Source of the DNA: Phoronis australis
Lineage: Eukaryota > Animalia > Phoronida
Direction: 5' to 3'
DNA length: 54,466 nt
NCBI GenBank assembly: GCA_002633005.1
Contig: NMRA01000265.1
Location: forward strand, 246,761 to 301,226
Part shown: piece by piece, positions 11,040 to 23,679 of the stretch
How the letters are laid out: every line of letters starts with the position of its first letter
Position numbering within the stretch: the first letter of the stretch is position 1
The notes under the pieces: model-generated
What the model was told of the DNA's origin: nothing
Database searches by the model: none
The model's input: only the letters and a program-made list of their open reading frames with translations
Position numbers and translations under genes: made by a program

Positions 11040-14000
11040 GCAAGAAATAATCATTAAAATTATCCTGCTTAATCACTGCAATCTCAAGCTTAAGCTCAGC
11101 ATCACCATCCGCACATCTGAACTTGGTTCCGCTATCACTGCAAAACCTCTAGGACTAATAAATCTATTCAGACCACAACAGAACGAATCAGTACTCAAAC
11201 TACGATAAATTTCAATATGCACAGCTCTCAAACCCAAATATGTGACAATACAACCAAGACGTTTAGTTCTAGTCCTACCAACCTGCACCATAAAAAACAA
11301 ACTAGTCTATACAAACAGACGCAAATGGTGGCTTAAACGGAGAAATTCTCTCCTTACCCAAACAACACATAACCCGATGACCAGGACGTGCATTACGTTT
11401 GCGACAATCAAAAGTTCTTTGGCCCACTTTGACTCCGCTTTTGAAACTTCGGAGCTATAATTTAATTGCGTACAAATATTTTGATATCCTCTCCCACAAC
11501 TTTTCAGTTTCATTAAAATTGTTGGCATAACAGGACAATATGCATCAAAACTAACAACTCTATCAATAGCAGATTTCAACCAACTTGACCATAGGATTCA
11601 GTCTACGCAGGGAATTAGGCTAGATCTACCATTAACCTTGTTCAATAGTCGTTGCTGAACATCAGACTCATTATGTAACAACTGGGACAAATGTTGAGAA
11701 AATACTCGAGTTTCTACATGCTTAAAAACAATCTTAGAAGCCTTCCGGATCTCACCAACCGTAAGGTTAGCAGAGATACGTCTTAAAACGCAATAACAAA
11801 GCAACATCTTTCAACAGCTAATACCACGATGAATGACGCTTCACCAATCAATCTAGAGGATAATCGCCCCAACTATCAGCAACAGTAGAAACACCTTTTC
11901 TCAGCTCTGGATCATTCTCCAAAACATCGTTCAGTTCTCTCGGAGTACGCGACCAGCAAGTAGAATTAGAAAGATTATTGTCACAACGTGACAATCATGG
12001 ACTCTGCGCGTGCGTATTAAAGGAATTGTTATGGGAAGTTACTGACAGCAACCCGTTTACCAATTTCAAAAGGAATTCCTTAAAATTGTAGGAAAAATTA
12101 CATGTTAATATTTTGATGACCTTTCCACTATATAATTGACCTCTTTCGCTGCATTATGAGCCCGGATGAGGGAAGAATTGTAAACTCGATGAAAAGTGTG
12201 GTTAATGCTAAGAATCACAAATGTTTTACTTTAAGCACTTCAGAATACAACATGAATGAATTGGTCAAAGTTTCAGAAGAAAAATGCACCTAACGACCTC
12301 ATGGGTGCTCCAAATGACCTGATAATTTAGACTTCAAACTCAATCACGTTTACTAAACAGATATGTAATTTTGAAGTCTCTAGCTCAAAATTTTTGTTTG
12401 CACTCAATGACCTTCGATCTATTTTTCTAATTGGTTAGGCATATTGTGTAGTAAAATAGGGTTTTCGATTGGCATGGTGACTTACACCAGTGTGCTGAAC
12501 TTGATAAGAATTCCCTGAAAAATGGAGGGATATAACATTTTGAACGTTAGATGATCTTTGCACTAACTGACCCTATCCGGTGCATTATAAGAGTCTTGAG
12601 GAGAATTATTGCAGAGCCTGTGAATAGTGTGTTTAATGCTGAGAATCACAGATGTCTAGCGGTTGACACATCACAATTCTTGGTGAATGAAAAGGACAAA
12701 CTTAAGAAGAAAAATGCACCTAATGACCCCATGGTTGCACTAATAACCTGAAACTTTGTATTTCGAATTGAATTAGATGTACCAATCAGACTTGTGAATT
12801 TGAAGTGTCTAGCTCAAAATTATAGTTTGCACTCAATGACCTTTGACATATTTTCTCTGGTTGGGTGGCCCTATTGCTTAGTAAAGTAGGGTATTTCACT
12901 GGCATGTAGGTTTACACCAATGTGCTGGAATTGAAGAGAATTCCTTGAAAAATATAGGAGAAATAACATTTTCAATTGTAGGTGACCTTTGCACTAATTG
13001 ACCCTATCCAGTGCATTACAAGCCCTTTTAGTAGAATTAACTGCAAAGTCCATGAAAAGTATATTTGTTGCTTATAATCAGAGTTGTCAAACGGTTGACA
13101 CATCAGAATACTTGGTGAATGAAAAGGACATATTTTCTGAAGAAAGATGCGCCTAATGACCCCATGTTTGCACTAAATGACCTGAAACTTTGGATTTTGA
13201 ATTGAATTACCTGTGCCCATCAGACTTGTGAATTTGAAGTTTCTAGCTCAAAATTTTAGTTTGCACCTAATGACCTTTGACCTGTTTTATCTGATTGGAT
13301 AACTTGATTACTTAGAAAAGTTTTTTTTTTTAATTGTCATGTTGACTTATACCTGTGCACCGAATTTGAAAAAGATAGCTTTAAAACTGAAGGAGGAGTA
13401 GCATTTTGAAAATTATATGACTTTTACACCAAACGACCTCTTCCGGTGCAATATGGAATATGATTATATAACCAATCAAAATTTATATACTGTCAAAAGT
13501 CGTATGCTGAATTTAAAGACCGTACCTGCACCCAATTTGGAGTTATTACATGTAAGCCTCAAAGTTGGTCGGAAGAAGAATAAGAATAATAAGAAATAAT
13601 AAAATTGCAGAAAACCCAGGAACAACAGTACTCTGCGTTTCCACGCGCAGAGTAATAAGAAGAATAAAATTGAAGAAAACCCAGGAACAACAGTACTCTG
13701 CGCTTATACGCGCAGAGTAATTAAGACACTAATAGTCTAGTCCCCTGACCTACTGCTAATGAATCTTATTCTGTTCAAACAGTTTCGTGAGATGCGTAGT
13801 CTGCAGGATTCAAACCACCGTTAACCTCAGTATTCTAATGAATCAACGACAAACGGTTAGCAACAAAGACCTAAAATCCAGGCTTTGTAGTTCTATTATA
13901 ATGTGACACATTGGTAGAATCAGTCCAAAAGACAATATCACCAATCCTGCATATGTAGCAAAACAAGAGACCTTCACAGCCAACGTAGCAGAAGATGATT

Positions 14001-14750
14001 CTAACCCGGAGATAGTCAAATCTTCGGAAGGAGAAACACGTCGTTTTCCTAAGACGATAGAATAGAAAAAATTGACCGCAATATTCCAACAACCGTAAGT
14101 AAGTCGCAAAACCATACCCTACATTGTACTTCCGAAACATCTGAGAAGCCACCAAATGAAACAGGCTTAGAGCAGTGAGGAACATCAATAACACTGAACT
14201 TAGTTAAACAGTCTCAGCTACCTCTCCACAGCAACAACATGTCATCAGGTATCAATTCATCCCATTCAAGTTTCATAACTCCCAATTGCTGCAAAATCAG
14301 TTTACCGGCAAAATAAAAGAAGAAGCGGTACCAAAACGATAATACATAGAGCTTTCTACCGACGAGATACTTCTTCTCGTAGAAAAGGCGACGTTCTCTA
14401 CAACCCAAAAACTATATGTGTCGCTATCAACATTCTTCTGAACACCAAGAGCATATCCAATCGGCAATTTATCAAGATTTAAATCTTTAACGGATGGAGC
14501 ACTCGCACAATCAGGAATGCTAGCAAGAATATTGCGACTGTTAATCCACTTGTGAGATGAAACTCAGCTCTCGACATTGTATCATCCAGTTGTTCAATTA
14601 GTTGAAGAGCTAAACTAGTATACATGTACAACCGAAAGCAGATGTTAGAATTGAAGATATGTCCATTCACGTTAACGTAAATTCTCCCTAACTTTAGTAG
14701 AACAGAACAATTGGTATACGCTAGAGTAACCATTTCCGTGACAACGTTAG
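11040..14750 (-). mobile_element. Degraded BEL/Pao LTR retrotransposon pol (RT-RNaseH-integrase remnants), interrupted by an insertion at ~11990-13720
   Basis: Integrase core KRLGCIVTYLGLRAVHIEIYRSLSTDSFCCGLNRFISPRG (11073-11300). Pao-type KLILQQLGVMKLEWDELIP (14214-14408), VGYGFATYLRL (~14100) and MSRAEFHLT (~14560). Many stops and frameshifts. It may continue past 17530. Confidence 0.8.
11990..13722 (+). mobile_element. Non-autonomous Helentron-associated (HINE/pearl-like) element with internal ~430-bp tandem repeats
   Basis: Sub-terminal inverted repeat actctgcgcg (12001) / cgcgcagagt (13644, 13709). About three diverged ~430-bp units (anchor atgc(a/g)cctaa.gacc at ~12284, ~12714, ~13148). 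An AAG/AAT microsatellite at ~13572-13602 and a 3' hairpin actctgcg..cgcagagt duplicated as a 65-bp module. Confidence 0.7.
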
Positions 14751-14779
14751 CACGCTCACAAATTGCTATTTTAGATCAT

Positions 14780-17527
14780 TTTCTTATAGTCAAGTTCACT
14801 ATGTCCAAATTTTGACATTCGTTGGAAATTTTTGGGGAAAGTGGAAAGTATATATTTTAGAAACGTCAAATCAGAAAATAACTGATTCCATTTTTTCGGT
14901 GGCCATCTTGGCGGCCATCTTGGATTTTCAAAAATTGCTCCGGTATAATGGATTTTGCCCAATATATCCGCCCTTGGGTCAATGAGAATGTTAGTTTTTA
15001 TCGCTACACCTGCAGTTCTGAGGTCAATGAATTGGAATTTTTAAATTTAATGGCGGCCATCTTGGTAGCCATCTTGGTAGCCATTTCGAAATTTCATAAA
15101 TGGCGCCCGAAAAATACATTTTGCTCAGTATTTCTGTTCTTGGGTCACTTACAATGTTAGTTTTAATGGCTGCACCCACATTTTTGGGGTAAGGAATTGA
15201 AAAACACTATTTATAAAATGATAATATAATCTAAATGATATTATTAGCAGATACGAACACCCTGATTATTTAAAGGAATCGCAGAAACGCAGATTAACTT
15301 ACATGCATATTTAGAGTGTATATCTATATCTTTTTCAAAAGACATTTGAGACATATATTTTGAAGATTTCGTTATTATTTCCCCTGTTCACTTTGGAATC
15401 CAGTTCTCCTCTACTCCATGGAAATGCATTTTGCCTTTGACAGTCGGATAGTAGATAAGCTTGACAGTAACCAGGCTGAGGATCAATGACGAAAACAACT
15501 GTTGTAGCCTGCTGGGCAAATCGACCAGAAACATGCTATCTGCCACTATGATTTTACCCTAACACCAAGAGCAGTCTTTGCTGCCAGTGGGACAATGCTG
15601 TCATGCACAGACAAATCGAATCGAATCCACCTTCTGCAGAAACTTTCCGAAGCAGACGTCTAAGAACAGGACAGTCCTCAAGCTGCAAGAGAGGTTTTAG
15701 ACTCAGAAAATATGTAAACAACATCCAATGAGTTTGTTCACCCAAGCCAAAAAACTACTCGTGTGGATAGTATGGAAGAGATTATGACGATATCATTCTG
15801 GTTTTTGACACCCACAAAGACAACTCTTTGAAGCAAGCCACAAGAGAAAAATGGAGGCAGAGAAAGGGTCAAGTACAGCACCAGATAAGAGATGAGACTT
15901 ACATAAACAACATCTCAATGAGCCGTTTCCTCTCCCATGACCAAGAATGGCTCAACTTACTGAATATCTGTCTACAAAGACACTTGAATATAATAAAGAC
16001 TCTGAAAAGATAGCCATTACTTCAGCTTCAGGATGCACAAAGAGCAACCGACGTGATCTACGCTTAGAAGAAAATGATCAAGGAAAAGCAGATGTATTGC
16101 TAATACACTGTACATCATAGAGTTTTGGCATCACATCAAATGGTCCCGGATTCTCAGCTGATGTTTTTTCACCTGACATGGATTTACTGATACCCGTCAT
16201 TGCCTATTATGACAGGCTTCTCAGAAATACTTCAGTCACCATGGCATCTGGGATTGTGGACGTGAATCCAATATGGACAATATTAGGTGCTGCCGGGGCA
16301 AAGGCTCTTCCTGCGTTCCATAGAAAGACAACACTGGTCCATTCTATACATGTAGGTTGGATATATATTTGAACGCAAACACCGATGATATAAATGCACA
16401 GCAGACTTTTGTACTGCTTTTAAGCAGAAGAAGTAACAGGTGAACCTTTTTTCACATTAGCCCTTTTTACATGTGCATACTCACAACAGGGTATAGGCAC
16501 AAATAGCATTCCAGAGCTGAGATGGTACCTCTTCTGTAAACATATGGCTGACAGCGTCAAACGTCCACCAACCATTGGTGCTTTGAAACACCATGTGCTG
16601 AGGGTGTTTTTTCAAGACAGAGTGTGGAGCCAGGAAGTCATTGCTCAACAGAAGTTCCTTGACCCATTGCAGAATGAACTTACAAAGATGACGACCTGAA
16701 ACATTCACAACTGAGAAGCTCCGGCGCCACAGGCTATCATTGATATGGTTCCAAAACAATTCCTCTTCCCAAAGATGCTCTTGCCGGTCAAATGTCAGTA
16801 TAGTGCAGAATGTCAGAATGGTGATGATGACGTGATTCCTGGTGGCAGTGATGGCTATAGTAATGATCTATAGACTGTCTTTAAAGTTTTGAAAGACTAT
16901 TGACACTACAAAAAACATACTTTCGTTTTTTTCAAACGTAAATAAGTTGTCTAGGTACTGTTTTAGTTTTAAGTGTCTTGAAAGAAGCAAACTCCGAACA
17001 AAATATACAAAAAGTGAGATAGTGGTCATGTGTCGGATTACATGAAGAATGCATTTAGAAATTGTGGCTGCTAATAAATGGGTTTTTGATTATGTTTCTC
17101 ATTTAATAAGTTGCATTTTCAGATTTCTTGACCACAAAAATATGGGTGCAGCCATTAAAACTAACATTCTAAGTGACTCAAGAGCAAAGATACTGAGTAA
17201 AATGTATTTTACGGGCGCCATTTTTAAAAATCCAAGATGTCGCCCAAAAATTAAAATTTCCAATTCCTTGACCTGAGAAATGCAGGTTTAGTCAAAAAAA
17301 CCAATATTCTAAGTGACCCAAAGCGGAGATATTGGACAAAATCCATTTTACCGGTGCCATTTTTGAAAACCCAAGATGGCCGCCAAAAACGGAATCAATT
17401 ATTTTCTGATTTGTCATTCCATGAGGTTTCCAAAAATGTATAGTTTCCACTTTCCCCAAAAAATTCCAACAAAGTTACACAACAAACCTGACTATTACGC
17501 CACTTTTTGTTTTTAACCACTGGACTT
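14780..17527 (+). mobile_element. AcademX-like DNA transposon derivative (long TIRs, degraded XPG/PIN-like nuclease ORF)
   Basis: Imperfect inverted repeats of about 370 bp (~14820-15190 vs ~17130-17470). Internal remnants YDDIILVFDTHKDNSLKQATREK (15783), ENDQGKADVLLIH, FSPDMDL, ILGAAGAKALPAFH and RPPTIGALKHHVLRVFFQDRVWSQ..LDPLQN (16562), then a Cys/acidic tail. This motif order is typical of AcademX proteins. Confidence 0.7.
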
Positions 17528-19613
17528 GAAACAGAGAAGATTTGCCTTATCTATACTTTGCTTGGAATCAAACAAATGATGTTATTTGCTTACGCTCAGT
17601 ACTTTGTGTGTAATGCATATATTTTCTTTCCTTAGTACTACTCAGATGAATGTGATTTCTGTATGGTACTAATAAGCAAATTTTATGCCCAATATCACGT
17701 CCTAATTCCATAATGAAAATCGCATGAGGACTTCAATGTAATACAGCAGATTTATTAAAGCTGCTATAAACCCACATTGTATCAATAATGAACTAACTTT
17801 TGATTTACATCATTTTCACATCAAACCTCCTTTCATTGAGTTTCTTTGACCTTGTGAGGATGGGTTTCTTGGCTTGGAAAGAATTCACCTAGAAAAAATG
17901 ACATGATATTTTAAGTCAAATTGATAAGCTCAGGTTCGAGCTATAACGAACTGTCATTTCTTTCTAATTCCAGGAATCACTTGTACTTTGAGTAAGAAAT
18001 GGGCCGAGACAATAAATAGTTAAAATCAAGGGTTGGTTTATTCGAAGGAGGGCAGGTTTATACATGTAGGTACTTTAACAGCAATGACATAGTCACATTA
18101 ACGAACAGCATGGATTTGCAGTGACGAAGTTAAAACTACACATCATCAAATGCATTTCATTTTTAACATAAATAAATGTAAATGCAAACAACAGTTGTTC
18201 CATATGACATGTAATAAATCGAAATATGCTTGAAGATACGTTTATTTTAAATACTTGGTCAATTCCCACCAGCACGTGGATCAACATAAGCAGATGATGC
18301 GGGTTGATAGAATTAACTTTAACCAAGTTACATGAACACTTCAGTTACAAAGCAGGTGCTGTATCAGCTTTTTGGAGTCGCATGTAGGCAAACAGTGATC
18401 AATTATTGTTGTTTACTTATATAAAAGTAAAATGTCAGACATACAGTATGTTGTACGCCGGGTTAACGGATAAGATGCAAAGTATTGTCGTGTCCCATTG
18501 TACTCATTACTGCAGTTTATAACCACGTCAAGCTACTGTGCAAAATTAACTTTAAAAATAATGTCAATTGTTCATACCTCCGTTTGATAATGTTGGGTCA
18601 TTAGTCCGCAAAAAATTAAAAAAAAACGTGAATGGGAATGTTCTGAAAGAAGTTTTCGGTGATAACTGTGAGTTCTAAACTTACGTCGTTTGTATACAAG
18701 ATAAATAGCAATTCATCGTAAAAGCCTCATCCCCCGGCAGCCAGCGCACCGCGAGACCTTCACATTGAAGGCCTGAAACAAATGTGAACAATAGGCACAT
18801 GCATTCGCTACGCAACCCCTGACTGCAGTCGCGCGTGATCGAATTAGTTGGTATTCTTGGGCACGGGTCTAAGTTAATCAAACTCATGAAAGTCACGGTC
18901 AGTTTGGCATTTTCTGTAGTTGTGCCGCCGAACCAAGCTCGAGTGTGGGATGTGTCTTGCAAATCGGCCACAGCATACAGGCTAATTAGACTTGAGACTG
19001 AATTTCGAGTTTTTATCGGAACTGGAGCTTTTTCTCGAGTTTGTAACACGAATTTAGGGATCAACGGTTACTGAATGAACTCGAGTAATAGCCACTTGCT
19101 CAAAGTAGACCTGATGTATAAGGAAATGTTAATTGTAGACCCGTTCCCAAGTCCGCCTACCGTTATTTTTTTTCTCGGTACGTGAATTTGGAAACCCGGT
19201 GCCAATCACGACGAGTAAAATGTCACAAAAAGCATGTGCAAACTCCGATGTTGCATTTGTTCAAGAATGCGACCCTTTTGGGTTTTCTGAGCGGAGTGTG
19301 TCCGGCCCTTCTGATAGTAGGCTATAGACCTAGGCCTAGCATCCGTGAGATGTTTACTGGCCGGCCGTAAACCGAAATTTTCGCCAGGTGAACCCGCCCT
19401 TGTATTGGTTTCACAAAAATCAAGAGCGAGAGTTCTTGACTTTGGTCATCAAGGAGAAGGATTACTGGCATACCATAGTTTGAATAGACCGGCCCACTGT
19501 TGTTATCTGTCTACGCGGAATTGCGAGACTTTCCATGACAAGGTTACCATATTCACTCACCTGAGCAGATTTGCAATGAGTCAACAACCGTTGACCTACT
19601 TTATGACTACAAA

Positions 19614-22600
19614 ATGGACGAGTTGTGGAAGTCCATCGTGGTAACTATAGTTGTCGTTGTGGCACTCGTGCAAAAAAGTAAGTCTTTGACTTGTTTAGGC
19701 CTACACAACAATTGTGTCCTGTTAGCTGTTTTTCACGCTGTCAAGTTATCTGTTACTGTATCTTATTACTTTGACGACTCTGAGCGTGTTCTTTTTGACT
19801 GAGTTAGCTGCCGTCGTCGCATATACTTTAGCCTAGTGTAAACTCTACCTGTCTACGACTGGCATATCACGTCGTAGGGCCTAACCTGAGTGTTGCTGTT
19901 TGCTGCTTAGATTGGAGAAACGTGTCAGTTGATCTTCAGTTCATCACCGGTGGTTCACTATCCTACGACCTTGTTTTGGTTCGCTTTATTTCGGTATCAC
20001 TTTGCAGATAATTTACTTGTATCTAGAAGAACTTTGAAGAAATAATTAGTCAATTTCCAGTCACCAAGTAATGCGCATGGTTTGCACCAAATTCGGGCAA
20101 TTAATCGGAATCACCGAAAGGATTTTAATCCGCTATTACTTTTATATTAATAGGCCTAAAACGAAGAATTTTGATCGTGCATGCATAATTAGTAAAAACC
20201 AGGTAGTTTAGAACTATAACAAATTTTGTACTTAATTGACATTTTTTTTGTCTAATGTCCCTAACTAAATAATAAATTGGCCTACTTAGGAAGATTATTA
20301 ATTTACTACAGTAAAGTATTGAAATGTTAAAAAATATGCTCACCAGTGAATCATACTGAAATGAGCTGTGAAGTTAATGTTGTACTGCAGATAATGCCAG
20401 GGTCCTCAATCCCTCAATTTAGGGGTTGAATATTGGCCGCATTACCCTCTGAAAAATATCAAAAAATCATGCAAAATTCCTCTTGTGAGACCTAAAAATT
20501 TCGCTCAAGGGAGATAAAAATTTTTCCAAGGTTTGACTCACTTGTAACTGACACAGACGGTGATTTGAAACACCACAAAATCTTATGTTTTGGCTACTTG
20601 AGGCAGAGCCTCTGAGGTCTGATCAAAGGGCACGGGGGGGTACAATTTTTCTTATCCCAAAAATCCCCCTGTTCAGAAGGCATATGTAGGTTTCCCCTCA
20701 GGTAATGGAGGGCGCTGAATGCACATCGTTACATGCTATAGTAGATATGTGATTGACACACTCTTTCAATGCCTTCAATAATAACACCCTGGTTTAGTGG
20801 GATAGCATATTAAGCCATCCGTGAATCTACCTCAAATACCGTACCACTTCTGTCACTACTTTCTAAGCACATCTTTGACCTGGGAATAAATTGAGATGAA
20901 TCAAAGTTGTTTTGCGATGGAAAGGTGGTTGCATTGAAACTCTGGAATTTGTAGTTTATTTAGCTTAACAGTCTTAATCCTTACTTGTGTGCACGCTGAA
21001 GTATGTATAGTTAGTCTTTTGAAGCAGTTGCTACTTTGTAACATGAGATATGGTCATTGTAGGCAGTGCCATCTGGTGCTTTGAATGTACTTCATCCCAG
21101 CCTGGGTGTGGTATGGAAGTAGACTGGAAATTGCAGAAGTGGCACTGGTGCACCTCTTATCATGGACAACCTGCCATGTGCGTCAAATACAAAGAAATCA
21201 GTGGTGGTAAGTGTGTTAGTATCAAGTAGAGGATGGGCTTAATAACCGCATGGGTGCAATACGTTTTTACATGATGGGTGCATAAATCTCTATGAAGGTG
21301 CATCTAAGACATTACAATTAGGAGAACCTCCGACTGAAAGTTCTAAAAAGGAAAACTTGTATGGAATGCCGGTAACAGTTTTGGTCATCTTCAAACCTCA
21401 CCCCTAAATTTGACTACATGAATGCAAATTATTGACTAAGCTATAACATTAGGGCTTGCCCATCAACACGGCCAGACCCTGCCCTGTAGTCTCTGATGTC
21501 TTAAATAAGAAGTTTTGTTCAGAACACTTGTGGCTAAGTTTGTAAAACCCAGCAGGTTTTGTTGATCGAAGCTATTCCATTTAGCAAAATGCCCCGCTTG
21601 ATGAAACAAAGTGTACACATTTTTAATGCAGTCTGTGGAAATTGTTATAAAAGTTGCATTTGGGAAATACGTTTTTCTCTAGATGCTCTTTATTTTCATT
21701 CAGCACTGTAACTTTTAAGTGGACACAAGCGACGCAAGCAACTTTTTCTAGTTTAAGAAGAGTACATATAATGACCTTGAAGCAGTGCCTAGTGTGGGAT
21801 TAGTGCAAGTGATTAGTAGGGATGTAATTGAGAAAGAATATGACCATGCGTTCTCCATTTAAAGCACACTCAGCTCATTTCACCCTCCCTCATTTGTAAA
21901 AGTAATGTATATTCAGTTTGCTTTGTTGGGAGAATTGAAAGTTGATGGATTGATGGCAGAACAAAACGAATTTATAATTTAAAGATGAATAGTAGTTTGA
22001 AATTTGTCAAATGGTTTATGCCCTTTGGTAGGTCTATTCATTATGTCAATAATTTTTCAATTGTATTACAAATGAATAGACAATCCTCTGTTGGAATGCC
22101 GTTTGGTAAACTGGAGTCAAGTCAGGAGATGGAAATAAAGAGTTTCAAATGGTAGTATTCTTAGTAACCCCACTGTCCAGTGCTAATGTGTGACCTTGCC
22201 AGTGTTATAAGAGAAATTGTTTTCGTGTTCAAAGAATGTGCACATGAAATCAGCACTTTCACAGACGCTTATGGTACTTTGTACCGAGTACCATGCATGG
22301 TAAGATATCCACCATCTTGCAGATGGCATCTTCAGGATCAATGAAAGTCACGTGTCAATTGTCGCCCCCATGCAGAATATTGCTGGCATAAGCCAAAATG
22401 CTCCATTCAATGGTTGTTAATTTGCCATGTGACTGATAGTTGTTACTATCGATATTGTTACTGATGTAAACTACATATGGCCCAGGACTCAATGACTTTT
22501 GAAATTAAAAAGCTGATCTGTACTGGAAAAAGATGCCTGTGTACTATGGAACTTTGTCTGCTGCATGATGTCTCAGGGTTTGTACATTATGTAGAAAGCT

Positions 22601-23679
22601 TCGCTCAGCAGCTTTTGAGTAAAAGACTGTTCTAAAGCGTGCCTGATAACTGAGAATCATTTTGGAAGTTTAAAATGGATGTATTGATGTCAAATTCCAG
22701 TTTACTTTGCAAAAGTGTTTGGTCTTTTGAACACTGGTTTTCTAAAATTAAGTGCATTGGGAATTCCAGAAGGCGAACAGGTCATCTTCTTTTTTTTTTT
22801 TACTTTCATAACCACATAATTAGTGTCAGAAATCACACACCAGGTTGAGTAATCGAGTATGGGTACAATTTTATTTCAATAAAACTGCAATAATATTTCG
22901 GGCAGTGATAAGTAACTTCCATCTATATCCCCGGCACTACTGGGAAGTCACGAGTTTATTATTTGCCTTATGGAAATCTCAATCTGCATGTTATCAAGTA
23001 TTACGCTGTGACTGTGCTAATTTCACGTATGCATTTTGTGAATGGTTAAGCTGTTACCAAGTTGTAAGCAGCATCATGTAAACGGGCTTTAGTCAGTTTA
23101 ATTGGCTGTCTGCTTCAGTCATACTGGTAAATTTAAAAGCTGCTTTTGGGATTGTGAATTAGTTTCTGGGGAATATCGAAACACTGTGAGTTAAAGTTGA
23201 GAAGGACATTTTCTTCAGCATGGCATTGAAATAGAAGACCTCCGGCATTTGACCCTAAACTAATGTAAGAAAATCCCATATTTACAGCACTGTTTCTTAC
23301 CTGTCACGTGAAAGAACATACTTCAGGATTTGTCTAGACTATAATACATTGTTTAAATGTTCTACATGTATATTCACATGTTAACATTGTGCATATTTCA
23401 GCTTCTGAAAGATATGTTCGTGGCTGTGTAAATAAATTGTTTGAAAACACATTCTACCGTCACGAAATACCATCAACCATTCGACAGAACTACTGTGTTA
23501 CATCCAAGTCAACGGGAAACAAAGTAATCAGCAGAGACGAGGATGTCAAAAAGGCCAAACAGATCTTCTGTTTCTGTAACTCTAACGATGGCTGCAACTC
23601 AACGACATGGCTCCGTGGACATTTCAGTACAGTTCTCTTGGCCTCTGTTATGTCATTGCTGTTACTGAGAGCTTTTTAA
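19614..23679 (+). CDS. Ly6/uPAR (three-finger) GPI-anchored protein, Quiver/Sleepless-like, gene A (161 aa, 3 exons)
   Basis: Exons 19614-19677 (MDELWKSIVVTIVVVVALVQK, donor gtaagt), 21063-21206 (SSAIWCFECTSSQPGCGMEVDWKLQKWHWCTSYHGQPAMCVKYKEISG, acceptor ttgtag, donor gtaagt) and 23402-23679 (ASERYVRGC...NYC...IFCFCNSNDGCNSTTWLRGHFSTVLLASVMSLLLLRAF*, acceptor tttcag). 64+144+278=486 nt in frame, both introns phase 1. Ten Cys in LU spacing with CxC..CN followed by a hydrophobic GPI-type tail. AATAAA at 24176. Confidence 0.92.
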
